Assembly (NCBI GenBank): GCA_963726745.1
Contig: CAVSDR010000004.1
Coordinates: 64,001-128,000 of the forward strand
Length of the DNA: 64,000 nucleotides
From: an uncultured Verrucomicrobiae bacterium
GTDB lineage: Bacteria > Verrucomicrobiota > Verrucomicrobiia > Chthoniobacterales > UBA10450
Reading direction: 5' to 3'
Position numbers and translations under genes: made by a program. The notes beneath the pieces are model-generated. The model was given only the letters and a program-made list of their open reading frames with translations. It made no database searches and had not been told where the DNA came from. Below, in pieces: positions 1-10,411 of the stretch; position 1 is the first letter of the stretch, and each line of letters opens with the position of its first letter.

Positions 1-1750
1 GCGGCACGACATCATCATCACCGTCCTCTTCTCGATCATTCTCGTCGGCGGAGTTTTCTGGATCGGTTTCCGCCGCTGGCTGCCGCTCCTCGGGATGGGT
101 TTTTCGCTCCTGCTTTGCTGCCTGGTCGCGCTCGCGGCTGGGCTGCTCATCTTCGGCGAGCTCAACATGGTCACGGTCGGCTTTTGCGCCATCCTCATCG
201 GGCTCGGCGTCGATTTTGCCATCCTGATCTTCGGGCGTTACCAGCAGGCCCGCGACGACGGGCATGATCATCCCACCGCGGTCAGCGAAGCGATCCGCAA
301 CCTCGGGCGCGCCATCTTCTTCGGCGCGCTCACCACCGCGGTTGGCTTCCTCGCATTGCTCTTAAGCAACAGTGGAGGCTTCACGCAACTCGGCGTGCTC
401 ATCGCCATCGGCATCTTTTTAGCCGGCATCTTCATGATGACGGTTTTCTTCCTCTTCCTGCGCGCCAAAGCGCCCGCGCAAAAGCACGATTGGATCTTCA
501 CCCTGGTGAAGCGCTACGTCCGCTGGACCGTGCGGCGGCCGGCGATCATGCTCAGCATTTCCGTGCCCGTGCTTCTGCTCCTGAGCGCGCTGGCCGTTTC
601 CCCGCGGCCGCGCCTGATTTTCGATGCGAGCACGGAATCGATGGAGCCAAAGTCGAGCGCCGCCGGCTACGCCTTGCACACGATCATGGCGAAAATGCCC
701 GCGCGCTGGGAGCCCGCCATCGGGATGGTGCGCGCGGACGATCCGCAGCAGCTCCATGATTACTGGCAGAAACTCTCCGCGCATTGGGCCGAGCTCCAGG
801 CCGCCGGCAAGATCAAAGGCTTCTCCACGCCCGCCGCGCTCGCGCTTTCGCCGGCCCGCCTCGCGCAAAACCGCGCCGCGCTGCATTCGTTAGACTTCAA
901 CCGCATCCGCCAGGCCCTCGAGACTTCCGTCGCTGCTGAAGGCTTCAGCCCGGAGACCTTTGCCAGCGGCTTCACCTTGCTCGAACAGCTCGAGCGCGTG
1001 GCGGAGCCCAGCGCCGCGGTGCCCGATTGGCGCAGCTTGCTGCCTAAATCTTCAAGCTGGTGGTTCCTGGTCGATCGCTACTTCGCGCACGACCCGCGCC
1101 TAACGACCGGTTTCGTGACCACCCACGAGCCAATCAAGACCCAGGCGCAAAAAGAAATGCTCCGGCAAGAACTCCCGGTCCCGGGCGTCCCACTCACTCT
1201 TTCCGGCTGGAGCTTTACCCTCACCGACCTCATCCCGTGGTCGCATCGCCAGCTGCTTTTAATCAGCGCGCTCATGGCCATCTTCGATGCCACCCTGCTG
1301 GCCTTGCTCTATCGCGACTGGCGGCTCTGGGCGATCCAGGTCGCCACCCTCGCGCTCGCCGTCGGCGCGATGATTGCCTCGATGAAGCTGCTCTCGATTC
1401 CGCTCAATTTGCTCAACGTTCTCGCCTTCCGCCTGGTCCTGGCAATCGGCGTCGACTACGGCATCTACGTCCTGCTCGTCTGGCAAAAAGCGCGCCAGTT
1501 GGAGCACGATGTCGCGGGGGTGGTTAAGCCGGTCATCCTCGCCGGGCTGACGGCGATCGTTGGCTTTGGCTCGTTAGGCCTGGCCAATAATCCCACCCTC
1601 GCCGGCCTCGGAGTCGCCTGCGCCATCGGCATTTTCTGGAGCCTCGCGGCCACGGTTTTCTTCACCCTGCCCGCAACCGCTGCGGCCGAACCGAAAGTCT
1701 GGCGCGAAGAAACCGTCACCCCGCCCGTCAAAGCCACACAGCATGTTTAG
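1..1750 (+). CDS. MMPL/RND-family membrane transporter, 5'-truncated by the window edge
   Basis: Frame is open from base 2. Two hydrophobic repeats with GLGVDFAI / AIGVDYGI and ALTTAVGF / GLTAIVGFGSL motifs, separated by a large extracytoplasmic loop. Confidence 0.85.
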   Translation, partial: RHDIIITVLFSIILVGGVFWIGFRRWLPLLGMGFSLLLCCLVALAAGLLIFGELNMVTVGFCAILIGLGVDFAILIFGRYQQARDDGHDHPTAVSEAIRNLGRAIFFGALTTAVGFLALLLSNSGGFTQLGVLIAIGIFLAGIFMMTVFFLFLRAKAPAQKHDWIFTLVKRYVRWTVRRPAIMLSISVPVLLLLSALAVSPRPRLIFDASTESMEPKSSAAGYALHTIMAKMPARWEPAIGMVRADDPQQLHDYWQKLSAHWAELQAAGKIKGFSTPAALALSPARLAQNRAALHSLDFNRIRQALETSVAAEGFSPETFASGFTLLEQLERVAEPSAAVPDWRSLLPKSSSWWFLVDRYFAHDPRLTTGFVTTHEPIKTQAQKEMLRQELPVPGVPLTLSGWSFTLTDLIPWSHRQLLLISALMAIFDATLLALLYRDWRLWAIQVATLALAVGAMIASMKLLSIPLNLLNVLAFRLVLAIGVDYGIYVLLVWQKARQLEHDVAGVVKPVILAGLTAIVGFGSLGLANNPTLAGLGVACAIGIFWSLAATVFFTLPATAAAEPKVWREETVTPPVKATQHV

Positions 1751-2403
1751 AATTCTCCTTTGCCTTTCGCTTCTCCTCCCGTCGCTTCTGCGCGCCGAGG
1801 CGCTCGCGCCGAACGACCTCAAAACGCTCCTCGGCCGCATCCGCGAAAAACGCGCCGCTGCCCCGCAGGTGCAGGCCGATTTCGAGGAAGAGAAGACGCT
1901 TCGGATGATGAATAAGCCCGTGGTCAGCGCGGGCAAAGTTTGGTTCCAGGCGCCGAATAAATTTCGCCGCGAAGTGAAGGGCAACGCGCCCAGCATAACC
2001 GTGAGCGATGGCGCGCAGCTGTGGATTTTCTACCCGAAATTCCAAAGCGCGGAGCACTACTCGTTAGGCCGGCGCGGACCGCTGGATGCCGGGATCGCCG
2101 CGATCACGGCCGCGCTTAACCTTGAGGGCGTGGAGAATAATTACCATCTCGCCGGCGCGCGTGAAGGTGCTGGCTATGTCCTCGAATTAACGCCCAAGCA
2201 CCCTTCGATGAAGCGCATGCTCCAGCGTTTCAGTATTCACCTGAACGACGGTCTTCAGGTCGAGCGCACCGAGATGTTGCAGCCGAACGGCGACCGAATC
2301 GTGACCAAGTACACGCGGCGAATCGCGCGCGCCGATTCCGGCCGACACCTTCGAGTTCACTCCGCCGGCGGGCACGAATGTGACCACGCCACTCGGTCGT
2401 TAG
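1743..2403 (+). CDS. LolA-family outer-membrane lipoprotein carrier (apparent frameshift near 2316)
   Basis: Signal peptide; ADFEEEK..SAGKVWFQAPNKFRRE..VSDG motifs. The typical C-terminus (DTFEFTPPAGTNV..GR, TAG at 2401-2403) lies in another frame. Confidence 0.75.
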
Positions 2404-4412
2404 GGCGCCGGCGTCGCTTCCAGTTCGGCGGCGCGTTTCGCGTGTGCGTCCGCTTCCGCGGCCCGGCCGAGCTCCGGAAGGATGATGGCTAAATTCTTGT
2501 GCGCGGTCAGGTCATCCGGCCGCGTTTGCAGGAGCCGCTCGTATTCCGCGGCCGCTTCCTCGAGCCGCTCGCTCCGCAGATAGCAGAGCGCGAGGTTCAT
2601 CTGCGCCGCGGGAAAATCACGCTGGATGCGCAGGGCCGCCTGGTATTCCGGAATCGCTTCCGCGCAGCGCTCCATGAGCGAAAGCGCGGTCGCGAGATTG
2701 TAATGCGGCTGCGCTTTCTCGGGCGCGAGTTCCGTCGCGCGGCGCAGATAGGTCAGCGCTTCCTGCATCTGTCCCATCACCCCGAGCGTCTGCCCGACGG
2801 TGGCCTGCAACTCGGCGTTTTGGGGATCGAGCTCGAGCGCGCGCTTCCAATGTTCCATCGCCGCCGGCACATCGCGGCGGCGCGCGTAGATGTCGCCTAA
2901 CAACTGCTCCAGGCCGGCATCCCACGGTTCGAGCTGCGCCAGCTTGAGCAGGTGCGCGAGCGCTTCGTCCTCGCGCCCCATTTGCAGCAAGAGCGCAGTC
3001 AGATTCCGCTGCGCGCTGGCCGACTCGGGGTTGGCCGCGAGCGATTTTTCGTAATACGGCAGCGCAGCATACGGCTGCCCCATGCGCGCGAGCGCGTAGC
3101 CGAGGTGGTTGTTCGCCTCCGCGTCCTCTGGCTGGCTCGCGAGGGCCGCGCGGTATTCCGCAACCGCCTCCTCGACGGCGCCGCGCTGGTCGAGCAAGAG
3201 GCCCAGCTGCGCGTGAGCCAGCGCGCTCTGCGGATTGCGCGCCAGTGTCGTTCGCCAAAGCGTTTCCGCGTCGCGGAAGTCGGCGCTGTGCCGCCAGGTG
3301 ACCGCGCCTAACGAGCCCAGGAGCAGCACCGCGACCGCTGGCTGCAGCCACGCGGCTTTGCGCGCGGCAAACAGAGCGATGCCGGCCGCGAGCAGAGCCA
3401 GCGGGCCGATCGCCGCGAGGTATTGCGCGTGATCCGCCGGGGGAACGCCGAGCGCCGGCAACAAAGCCACGCCAAAGAAAAGCAGCGCGGCGGCCACGCT
3501 CCGGCCGGCGGAACGGACACTGATCCACGCGACCAAAACAGCCAGCAAGATGAGCGCGGGCCAAAGGTAAGCCAGCGGCACAGCCGGCCCCGCCGGGTAA
3601 TCGAAAACAAGCGGAAGCGGCCAGGCCAATTTCGCGAGCGACAAACAGAAGGCCCACGAAGCCTGCAGCAGATGCGCCCCGGGATTCGCCGTGAAAAACT
3701 CAAGCAACTGCGCGCTGCTGCGCCACCAGACGCTGGCCGCGGCGAGCAAAAAGAACGGCGCCAGCTGTGCCCAACGCGCCAGCGCCAGCGGCTTCCGTTT
3801 CAACCAGAGAGCCAGCAAAAAAATAGCCGGCAAGATGACGGCCGCGCCGGCGCTCAGCAGCGCGGCCACAAAGAAGACCAGCGCCGCGAGGTAGAACAAG
3901 GCCCGCGCACGCGTGTCTTTCTTGAAAAACCGCGCCCAGCTCCAGAGGGCCGCGAGCGCAAAAAACGTCATGAGCACACGGCCGAGTTGCGCGACCCACG
4001 CGACCGTTTCCACCTGCACCGGGTGAAGCGCGAAGAGCGCCGCCGCGAGCCACGCGCCGGGTATGCGCAGCAATCGGAGCAGCCGCCAAAGCAGGAGCGC
4101 GTTGAGCGCGTGCAAGCCGAGGTTAACCCAATGGTAGCCGGCAGGCTGGACGCTCCAGAGCATCCACTCGAGCCGATAAATGGAGTTCGTCAGCGGGAAA
4201 TAATCCGCCGGCCGCGCAAAGGAACTCCAGATTTGCCGCCAGCCTTCCGCCGCGCTCAGCAGCGGATTTGCGGTCACCCGCAGGTCATCCTGCCAGATGA
4301 AACCGGCGCGCCAAACTTGCTGGTAAACTCCGAGCGTGAGCGCGAGCAGCAAAAGCGCGAGGAGCCACTGCGCCAGCCGCGTCTCGCTGAAGTTCGTTTT
4401 CTCTTCTTCCAC
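2400..4412 (-). CDS. TMTC-like multi-pass membrane protein with C-terminal TPR repeats (putative GT-C O-glycosyltransferase)
   Basis: FIWQDD, YHWVNLGLH and FALHPVQVETVAWV motifs, about 10 TM segments, then roughly 8 TPR units. GTG start at 4412 is inferred. Confidence 0.8.
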   Translation of the reverse strand: MEEEKTNFSETRLAQWLLALLLLALTLGVYQQVWRAGFIWQDDLRVTANPLLSAAEGWRQIWSSFARPADYFPLTNSIYRLEWMLWSVQPAGYHWVNLGLHALNALLLWRLLRLLRIPGAWLAAALFALHPVQVETVAWVAQLGRVLMTFFALAALWSWARFFKKDTRARALFYLAALVFFVAALLSAGAAVILPAIFLLALWLKRKPLALARWAQLAPFFLLAAASVWWRSSAQLLEFFTANPGAHLLQASWAFCLSLAKLAWPLPLVFDYPAGPAVPLAYLWPALILLAVLVAWISVRSAGRSVAAALLFFGVALLPALGVPPADHAQYLAAIGPLALLAAGIALFAARKAAWLQPAVAVLLLGSLGAVTWRHSADFRDAETLWRTTLARNPQSALAHAQLGLLLDQRGAVEEAVAEYRAALASQPEDAEANNHLGYALARMGQPYAALPYYEKSLAANPESASAQRNLTALLLQMGREDEALAHLLKLAQLEPWDAGLEQLLGDIYARRRDVPAAMEHWKRALELDPQNAELQATVGQTLGVMGQMQEALTYLRRATELAPEKAQPHYNLATALSLMERCAEAIPEYQAALRIQRDFPAAQMNLALCYLRSERLEEAAAEYERLLQTRPDDLTAHKNLAIILPELGRAAEADAHAKRAAELEATPAP

Positions 4413-4494
4413 AGACCTGCCGAGTTTTCGCGGATTCGCCCGGAGCGCAACAGACTTGTTTCCCCGCGCGAGGCCGCTAGCGTCCCGGACCGCG

Positions 4495-7400
4495 ATGCCG
4501 ATCCGACCTGCTCCTCTCGCCGCCTGCGCGCTTCTTCTTTCCACTCTTTTCGGCTTCGGCCAAATCACCACCACCCCTCGCCAGGGCCTGCGCGAGAATG
4601 ATCCACGCGTCCACGCCCTAACGAATGCGCGTGTGGTCACCGCGCCCGGGAAAGTCATCGAAAAGGGCACCGTCCTGATCCGCGATGGCTTGATCGTCGA
4701 GGCCGGGCCGGCAGTGAAAATCCCACCGGAAGCGCGCGTCTGGGATCTTGCTGGCAAAACGATTTACCCGGGCTTCATCGATTCCTACAGCCGCCTCGGT
4801 TTGCCCGAGACGCTTCAGCCGGAACCCATCCGCCGCCCGGATTCGGACCCCGATAATCCGGACGCGAAGCCGAAGGAAATTCCGCGCGAAGGCGTGAAAG
4901 GGACGCACGCCTGGAACCCGCGGGTCACGCCGGAGCGGAACGCGTCCGAGTTTCTCCGCCCCGATAAGAAAGGCGCGCAGAAGTTGCGCGACCTTGGTTT
5001 TACCAGCGCGCTGGTGGTGCCCGCGCGGGGCGTTTTTCGCGGCGCGAGCACGCTGGTCGATCTCGACGACGCGGAAGTCAATGCGACCGTGGTCGCGCCG
5101 CAGGTGGCGCAGCACATCGCTTTCGAGATCGAGCGCCGGCGCGATGGCGGCGGCTACCCGAGCTCCCTCATGGGCTGCATCGCGCTCATCCGCCAGACCC
5201 TGCTCGATGCCGGCTGGTATGCGGCGGCGCAGGAGGCGTATCGGAAAAATCCCGGAGCGAGTGAGCGGCCGGAAAACAACGCCAGCCTCGCGGCCCTCAC
5301 TGAGTGGACGCAGCGGAAACAACCGGCGGTCTTCGAAGCGGAGGATGAACAGGACGCCCTCCGCGCCTTGAAAATAGCCGACGAGTTCAAGGTCAAACCG
5401 ATCCTGCTCGGCAACGGCTACGAATACCGGGTGCGGAACTCGTTAGGCAAAACACCCGTCATCCTCACGCTCGATTTCCCGAAGACGCCCGAGATCGAGA
5501 AGCCGGAGCTGGCGCTCGAGTATCAACTCGACGAGCTGCAGCATTGGGATCGTGCCGCGAGCAATCCCGCGCTCCTCGCCGCCGCCGGCCACCCGATCGC
5601 TTTCACCACTGCGAAGCTCGAGAAGCCGGAGAAGGAATTCTGGTCGCGCGTGCGGCTCGCGGTGCGCCGCGGCTTGAGCAAAGAGAATGCGCTCGCCGCG
5701 CTCACCAGCGCGCCGGCGGAGATGTTCGGCGTGTCCGATCGCCTGGGCACGATCGCGCCCGGTCGCCTGGCGAATCTCGTGGTCACGAGCGGCGATCTCT
5801 TTGCCGAGAATGATGCGCGCGTTCTCAGCACCTGGGTCGACGGACGCTGGTATGAGACCGAGCGCGCGAACGAGCGCGACCCGCGCGGCACGTGGAACGT
5901 CACCCTCGGCGACAAGTCTGTGCCACTGGTGATCGAAGGCGAACAGGACAAGCTCGAGGCCAAGCTGGCCGACCAGAAAGTTTCGTTCTTCACCAAGGAC
6001 GGCGCCGTCCTCCTGATCGCGCCGGCGAAGATTTTCGAGAAAGGCGACGGTTCCTTGCGCCTTTCCGGTCGGCTGGTAGACGACAAGATCGACGGCGCGG
6101 ATGAGCTTCCCTGGAGCGCGCAACGCACCGCCCAATATGCCGGCAAAAAGAAAGACGAGAAACCCTCGCCGCTCGACCAGCCGCTCGATTTTCCCGAGAC
6201 CTTCCCTGCCGGCGCCTACGGCCGAACCGCGCCGCCCGCACAGCCTGCGGTCTTCATCCATGGCGCGACCGTCTGGACCGTCGGCCCGCAGGGCACTTTG
6301 CAAAACGCCGACCTCCTGGTGAGCGGAGGGAAAATCACCGCGGTCGGCCCGGGCTTGAAAGCCCCCGCGGGCGCCACCGTGATCGAGGGCCAGGGCGTGC
6401 ACGTGACGCCGGGAATCATCGATTGCCATTCGCACACCGCGATCAGCCGTGGAGTGAATGAAGGAACGCACGCGGTCACCTGCGAAGTGCGCGTGGGCGA
6501 TGTGGTCGATGCGACCGACATTGCGATTTACCGCGAGCTCGCCGGCGGGACGACGACGGCGAATTTGCTCCACGGCTCGGCCAACCCGATTGGCGGCCAG
6601 AACCAAGTGGTCAAGTTCCGCTGGGGCGCGCTCCCGGAGGAGTTGAAATTCGAGGGCGCGATGCCGGGCGTGAAATTCGCCCTGGGCGAAAACGTGAAGC
6701 AATCGAACTGGGGCGAGCGGAACACCACTCGTTATCCGCAAACGCGCATGGGTGTGGAAGAGCTCATCCGCGACCGCTTCCGCGCGGCCCAGGAATACGA
6801 CGCGGAAGCGAAACGCAAAGGCCCCCTGCCCTTCCGCCGCGACCTGCAGCTCGAGGCGTTATCGGAAATCGTGAACAACAAGCGGCTCATTCATTGCCAT
6901 TCCTACCGGCAGGATGAAGTGCTCGCGCTCCTGCGCGTCACCGGCGAATTCAAGATCCAGGTCGGCACTCTCCAGCACATCCTCGAGGGCTACAAAGTAG
7001 CCGACGAGATCAAGGCCGCGGGTATCGGCGCCTCGACCTTTGCCGATTGGTGGGGCTACAAGGTCGAGGCCTTCGACGCCATCCCTTACAACGCCCCGAT
7101 GATGGTCAGCCGCGGCGTTTTGACGACGGTAAACTCCGACAGCCCCGACCTCGCGCGCCGGCTCAACACCGAGGCCGGGAAGTCGATGAAATATGGCGGC
7201 CTGCCCGCGGAGGAAGCGCTCAAGCTGGTCACGATCAACGCCGCCAAACAGCTCCGGATCGACGCGAAAGTCGGCTCGCTCGAGGTGGGCAAGGACGCAG
7301 ACTTTGTCCTCTGGAGTGACAATCCGCTGTCTAATTACGCGCACGCCAACCAGACCTGGATCGAGGGCCGGAAATACTTCGATCGCGCGGAGGACCTCGA

Positions 7401-7614
7401 GTCGCGCAAAGCCTACGCCGCGCAGCGCGAGGCGCTGGTGCAAAAGGCGCTGGCGGAACGCGTGAAGGAAATCGGCAAACCGAAGGAGAACGGCGAGGAG
7501 AAAAAAGGCAGCGAAAAGACGCCGCCCCCTTCGCCGGAAGACTGGGAGCGCGCGCATGAACTCGTCGGCTCCTACGGCGACGGGAGCGATCGCTATTCCT
7601 GCCATCACGAATAA
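4495..7614 (+). CDS. Secreted two-domain amidohydrolase
   Basis: Signal peptide; two amidohydrolase domains (PGFIDSYS degenerate; PGIIDCHSH intact); GSLEVGKDADFVLW. Confidence 0.85.
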   Translation: MPIRPAPLAACALLLSTLFGFGQITTTPRQGLRENDPRVHALTNARVVTAPGKVIEKGTVLIRDGLIVEAGPAVKIPPEARVWDLAGKTIYPGFIDSYSRLGLPETLQPEPIRRPDSDPDNPDAKPKEIPREGVKGTHAWNPRVTPERNASEFLRPDKKGAQKLRDLGFTSALVVPARGVFRGASTLVDLDDAEVNATVVAPQVAQHIAFEIERRRDGGGYPSSLMGCIALIRQTLLDAGWYAAAQEAYRKNPGASERPENNASLAALTEWTQRKQPAVFEAEDEQDALRALKIADEFKVKPILLGNGYEYRVRNSLGKTPVILTLDFPKTPEIEKPELALEYQLDELQHWDRAASNPALLAAAGHPIAFTTAKLEKPEKEFWSRVRLAVRRGLSKENALAALTSAPAEMFGVSDRLGTIAPGRLANLVVTSGDLFAENDARVLSTWVDGRWYETERANERDPRGTWNVTLGDKSVPLVIEGEQDKLEAKLADQKVSFFTKDGAVLLIAPAKIFEKGDGSLRLSGRLVDDKIDGADELPWSAQRTAQYAGKKKDEKPSPLDQPLDFPETFPAGAYGRTAPPAQPAVFIHGATVWTVGPQGTLQNADLLVSGGKITAVGPGLKAPAGATVIEGQGVHVTPGIIDCHSHTAISRGVNEGTHAVTCEVRVGDVVDATDIAIYRELAGGTTTANLLHGSANPIGGQNQVVKFRWGALPEELKFEGAMPGVKFALGENVKQSNWGERNTTRYPQTRMGVEELIRDRFRAAQEYDAEAKRKGPLPFRRDLQLEALSEIVNNKRLIHCHSYRQDEVLALLRVTGEFKIQVGTLQHILEGYKVADEIKAAGIGASTFADWWGYKVEAFDAIPYNAPMMVSRGVLTTVNSDSPDLARRLNTEAGKSMKYGGLPAEEALKLVTINAAKQLRIDAKVGSLEVGKDADFVLWSDNPLSNYAHANQTWIEGRKYFDRAEDLESRKAYAAQREALVQKALAERVKEIGKPKENGEEKKGSEKTPPPSPEDWERAHELVGSYGDGSDRYSCHHE

Positions 7615-8912
7615 TGAAGCACTCGTTAGCCATCTTCCTGCTCGGTCTTTCGCTGGCGCGCGCCTCCACTCAGATTCCCGCGCCGCCGCAGACGCGCCCG
7701 ATCGCCCTTCGCGGCGCGACCCTCCATCCGGTGAGCGGCCCGGAGATCGCCGGCGGCACGCTTGTTTTCGAAAACGGCAAGATCACCGCGCTCGGCCCCG
7801 AGGCCGCGCCGCCGGCAAATGCCGAGGTCATCGATCTCGCCGGCAAACACGTTTACCCGGGCTTGATCAGCGCAAACACCGTCCTCGGCTTGACCGAGAT
7901 CGGCGCGGTCCGCTCGACCGCCGACTACGCGGAGGCAGGCAAAATTAACCCGAACGCGCGCGCCGCCACGAGCTTGAATCCAGACAGCGAATTGCTCCCG
8001 GTCACGCGCAGCAATGGCATCCTCACCGTGCTCTCGGTGCCCGAGGGCGGCCTCATCTCCGGGCTTTCCGCGGTAGTGCGCATGGATGGCTGGACGCCGG
8101 CGGAGTTGACCATCCGCGCGCCCGCGGCGCTCCACCTTCGCTGGCCGGAAATGCGGATCAATCGCGATCCGCGCGCGCCGAAAACCACCGACGATCAGCA
8201 AAAGGAAATCGACCAGGCAGTGCGCACGATCCGTGACGCTTTCGCGATTGCCCGTTCGTACTGGCAGGCGAAGAAAACCGCTGCACCGGATTTCAAGATC
8301 GACCAGCGCTGGGAAGCGATGCTGCCGGTCTTCGACGGGAAGTTACCGGTCTTTGTGCATGCCGACAGCGTCGCCGAAATCGAGTCCGCGCTCGCCTGGG
8401 CGCGGGACGCGCAGTTGAAGTTTACCCTCGTGGGCGGGCACGATGCCTGGCGGATGGCCGCGCAGCTCAAGGCCAGCGACATCCCGGTGATCGTGAGCAT
8501 GCCCACGGCGCTCCCGCCGCGGCGCGACGATCCCTACGACAGCCAATTCAGCAATGCCGCCGAATTGCAGAAAGCCGGCGTTCGATTCTGCATCGCCCGC
8601 ACCGGTCGCGAAAGCGAAGGCCCGCACGAGCGCAACATGCCCTACGAAGCCTCGATGTCGGCCGCCTATGGCTTGCCGAAGGACGAGGCGCTCAAGGCGG
8701 TCACGCTTTACCCCGCGCAGCTCCTTGGCGTGGCCGAGCAACTCGGCTCGCTCGAGGTCGGCAAGGCCGCGACCTTGATCGTGACCGATGGCGACCCGCT
8801 CGATTTCCCGACCAATGTCGAGGCGGCCTACATCGATGGCCGCCGGATCGATCTCGGCAATCGCCAAACGGAACTGCGCGACAAGTATCTCGAGAAATAT
8901 CGCCGGAACTAG
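7614..8912 (+). CDS. Secreted amidohydrolase-family protein (partner subunit)
   Basis: Signal peptide; VYPGLISANT (no HxH); GSLEVGKAATLIV; TAATG stop/start coupling to the upstream gene. Confidence 0.85.
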   Translation: MKHSLAIFLLGLSLARASTQIPAPPQTRPIALRGATLHPVSGPEIAGGTLVFENGKITALGPEAAPPANAEVIDLAGKHVYPGLISANTVLGLTEIGAVRSTADYAEAGKINPNARAATSLNPDSELLPVTRSNGILTVLSVPEGGLISGLSAVVRMDGWTPAELTIRAPAALHLRWPEMRINRDPRAPKTTDDQQKEIDQAVRTIRDAFAIARSYWQAKKTAAPDFKIDQRWEAMLPVFDGKLPVFVHADSVAEIESALAWARDAQLKFTLVGGHDAWRMAAQLKASDIPVIVSMPTALPPRRDDPYDSQFSNAAELQKAGVRFCIARTGRESEGPHERNMPYEASMSAAYGLPKDEALKAVTLYPAQLLGVAEQLGSLEVGKAATLIVTDGDPLDFPTNVEAAYIDGRRIDLGNRQTELRDKYLEKYRRN

Positions 8913-8918
8913 GCCGCG

Positions 8919-9833
8919 TTACGCGCGGAAATAGCCGACAATCTCATCCGGCAGAAGCGGTGTCGCGCCATGATGGGAGGCCACGTAGGCGCCCAGGCGG
9001 CAGGCGTTTTCCAGCACTTCGCGCACATCCGTCCCGCGCGTCAGGCCGACCATCAAGCCCGCCATGAAAGCGTCGCCTGCGCCCACGGTGTCGCGCACCT
9101 CGACCTGTGGCGCGGGCGCGTTCACGAGCGTGCCGTTGTCCCACAAAGTGGCGCCCTCTTCCGCCCGGGTCACGCAGATCCGGGTTGCCCGGGTGGCTGC
9201 GGCGACCGCTTCGCAGGCACGCCCCACGGCCGCAGCGTCGCGCGGCGTCTCCGGTTGCAGCTTGCCGGTCTTGAGCCAATGGGCCAGCTGGCCGACCTCG
9301 CCGTCATTTAATTTTAAAACGCCGGCATGCTGCGCGAGCCGGATGACCAGATCGGGTTCGACGAAGGGCGGGCGCAGGTTGACGTCGAAAAACTTCAACG
9401 GTCCCGGGACCGCGAGAAGGCGCTCGAGTTGCTCGAGATTGTAGGGCGAACGGCAGGAAAGCGAACCGTAGATGAGCGCGCGCGCCTGCGCCACGGCCGC
9501 GAGAGCCGCCTCTGGCACACGAATTTCATCCCAGGCCGCCGGCTGGACCAGCTCGTACGTGGCGTTGCCGCTCGCATCGACCGTCACCAGGACGGTGCCA
9601 GTGGCCAGGCCGATGCGGGCGCGGGTGACGAAGGTGGTGTCCACGCCTTTGTCGAGGGCCACCTGCAGGATCTCGTCGCCTAACGAGTCGCGGCCGATGC
9701 AGGAGATGAGCGCGGAAGAAGCGCCCAGTTGTGCCAGGTGCGCGGTGACGTTGAAAGGCGCGCCGCCGGCGTGCCGCCCGGAGGGAAGGCAATCCCAGAG
9801 AATTTCGCCGAAGGCAAAGAAGTCGCACTGCAT
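8919..9833 (-). CDS. PfkB-family carbohydrate kinase (fructokinase-like)
   Basis: FGEILWD, GGAPFNV, FDVNLRP and DTVGAGDAF signatures. Confidence 0.9.
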   Translation of the reverse strand: MQCDFFAFGEILWDCLPSGRHAGGAPFNVTAHLAQLGASSALISCIGRDSLGDEILQVALDKGVDTTFVTRARIGLATGTVLVTVDASGNATYELVQPAAWDEIRVPEAALAAVAQARALIYGSLSCRSPYNLEQLERLLAVPGPLKFFDVNLRPPFVEPDLVIRLAQHAGVLKLNDGEVGQLAHWLKTGKLQPETPRDAAAVGRACEAVAAATRATRICVTRAEEGATLWDNGTLVNAPAPQVEVRDTVGAGDAFMAGLMVGLTRGTDVREVLENACRLGAYVASHHGATPLLPDEIVGYFRA

Positions 9834-10408
9834 TACACGGGCTCCGGTTCATAAAGGAAGATCAGGTCCTGGTCCATGCCTTTGGGATCGCTCGAGCGCT
9901 CGAACACGAGCAAATCTTCGGTGCCGATGAGGCAATGCTCGATGCCCGGCCGGAAGTGAAAGCGCCTCCCAGGCTGGAGCACCTGGGCGGTTAACGCCCG
10001 ATCCTGCGCCTGGCGCCGCCAAAGGATAAGCCCGGCACCTTCGCGCACTTCGAGCTGCTCCTCCTTCTCCGCATGCATCTCCAGCGCGAGGTAGCCTGCA
10101 CGTTGCACGACGAGAAATTTCTCCACCTCTGGAGGCTCATGCCGAGTCACAACCACACCACCCCAACCGGTGCGAATGATCTGCGGGCCACCGCGTTCGA
10201 CCTCCGCCGCGCGCGCGGGAAAGTCCGCACCGACCGTCCCCAGGCCGTGCGGGAACTCGGTCTGCCAGAGCCGGCAAGCTTCGCGGCCGTAGCGATTGAA
10301 GGCTGCCCGGGAATCGATCGGCGAAAGGTGGCTGAGCTGCGCGGCCAAACCGGCGAAGCGCGGGTCCCGGGCCAGCTCCTCGTGGTCGATCGCGAAAACA
10401 GCCGGCAT
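9833..10408 (-). CDS. Cupin-domain protein (possible sugar/sugar-phosphate isomerase)
   Basis: Cupin metal motif LEMHAEKEEQLEV...PGIEH; lies inside a sugar operon. Confidence 0.6.
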   Translation of the reverse strand: MPAVFAIDHEELARDPRFAGLAAQLSHLSPIDSRAAFNRYGREACRLWQTEFPHGLGTVGADFPARAAEVERGGPQIIRTGWGGVVVTRHEPPEVEKFLVVQRAGYLALEMHAEKEEQLEVREGAGLILWRRQAQDRALTAQVLQPGRRFHFRPGIEHCLIGTEDLLVFERSSDPKGMDQDLIFLYEPEPV

Positions 10409-10411
10409 CTT

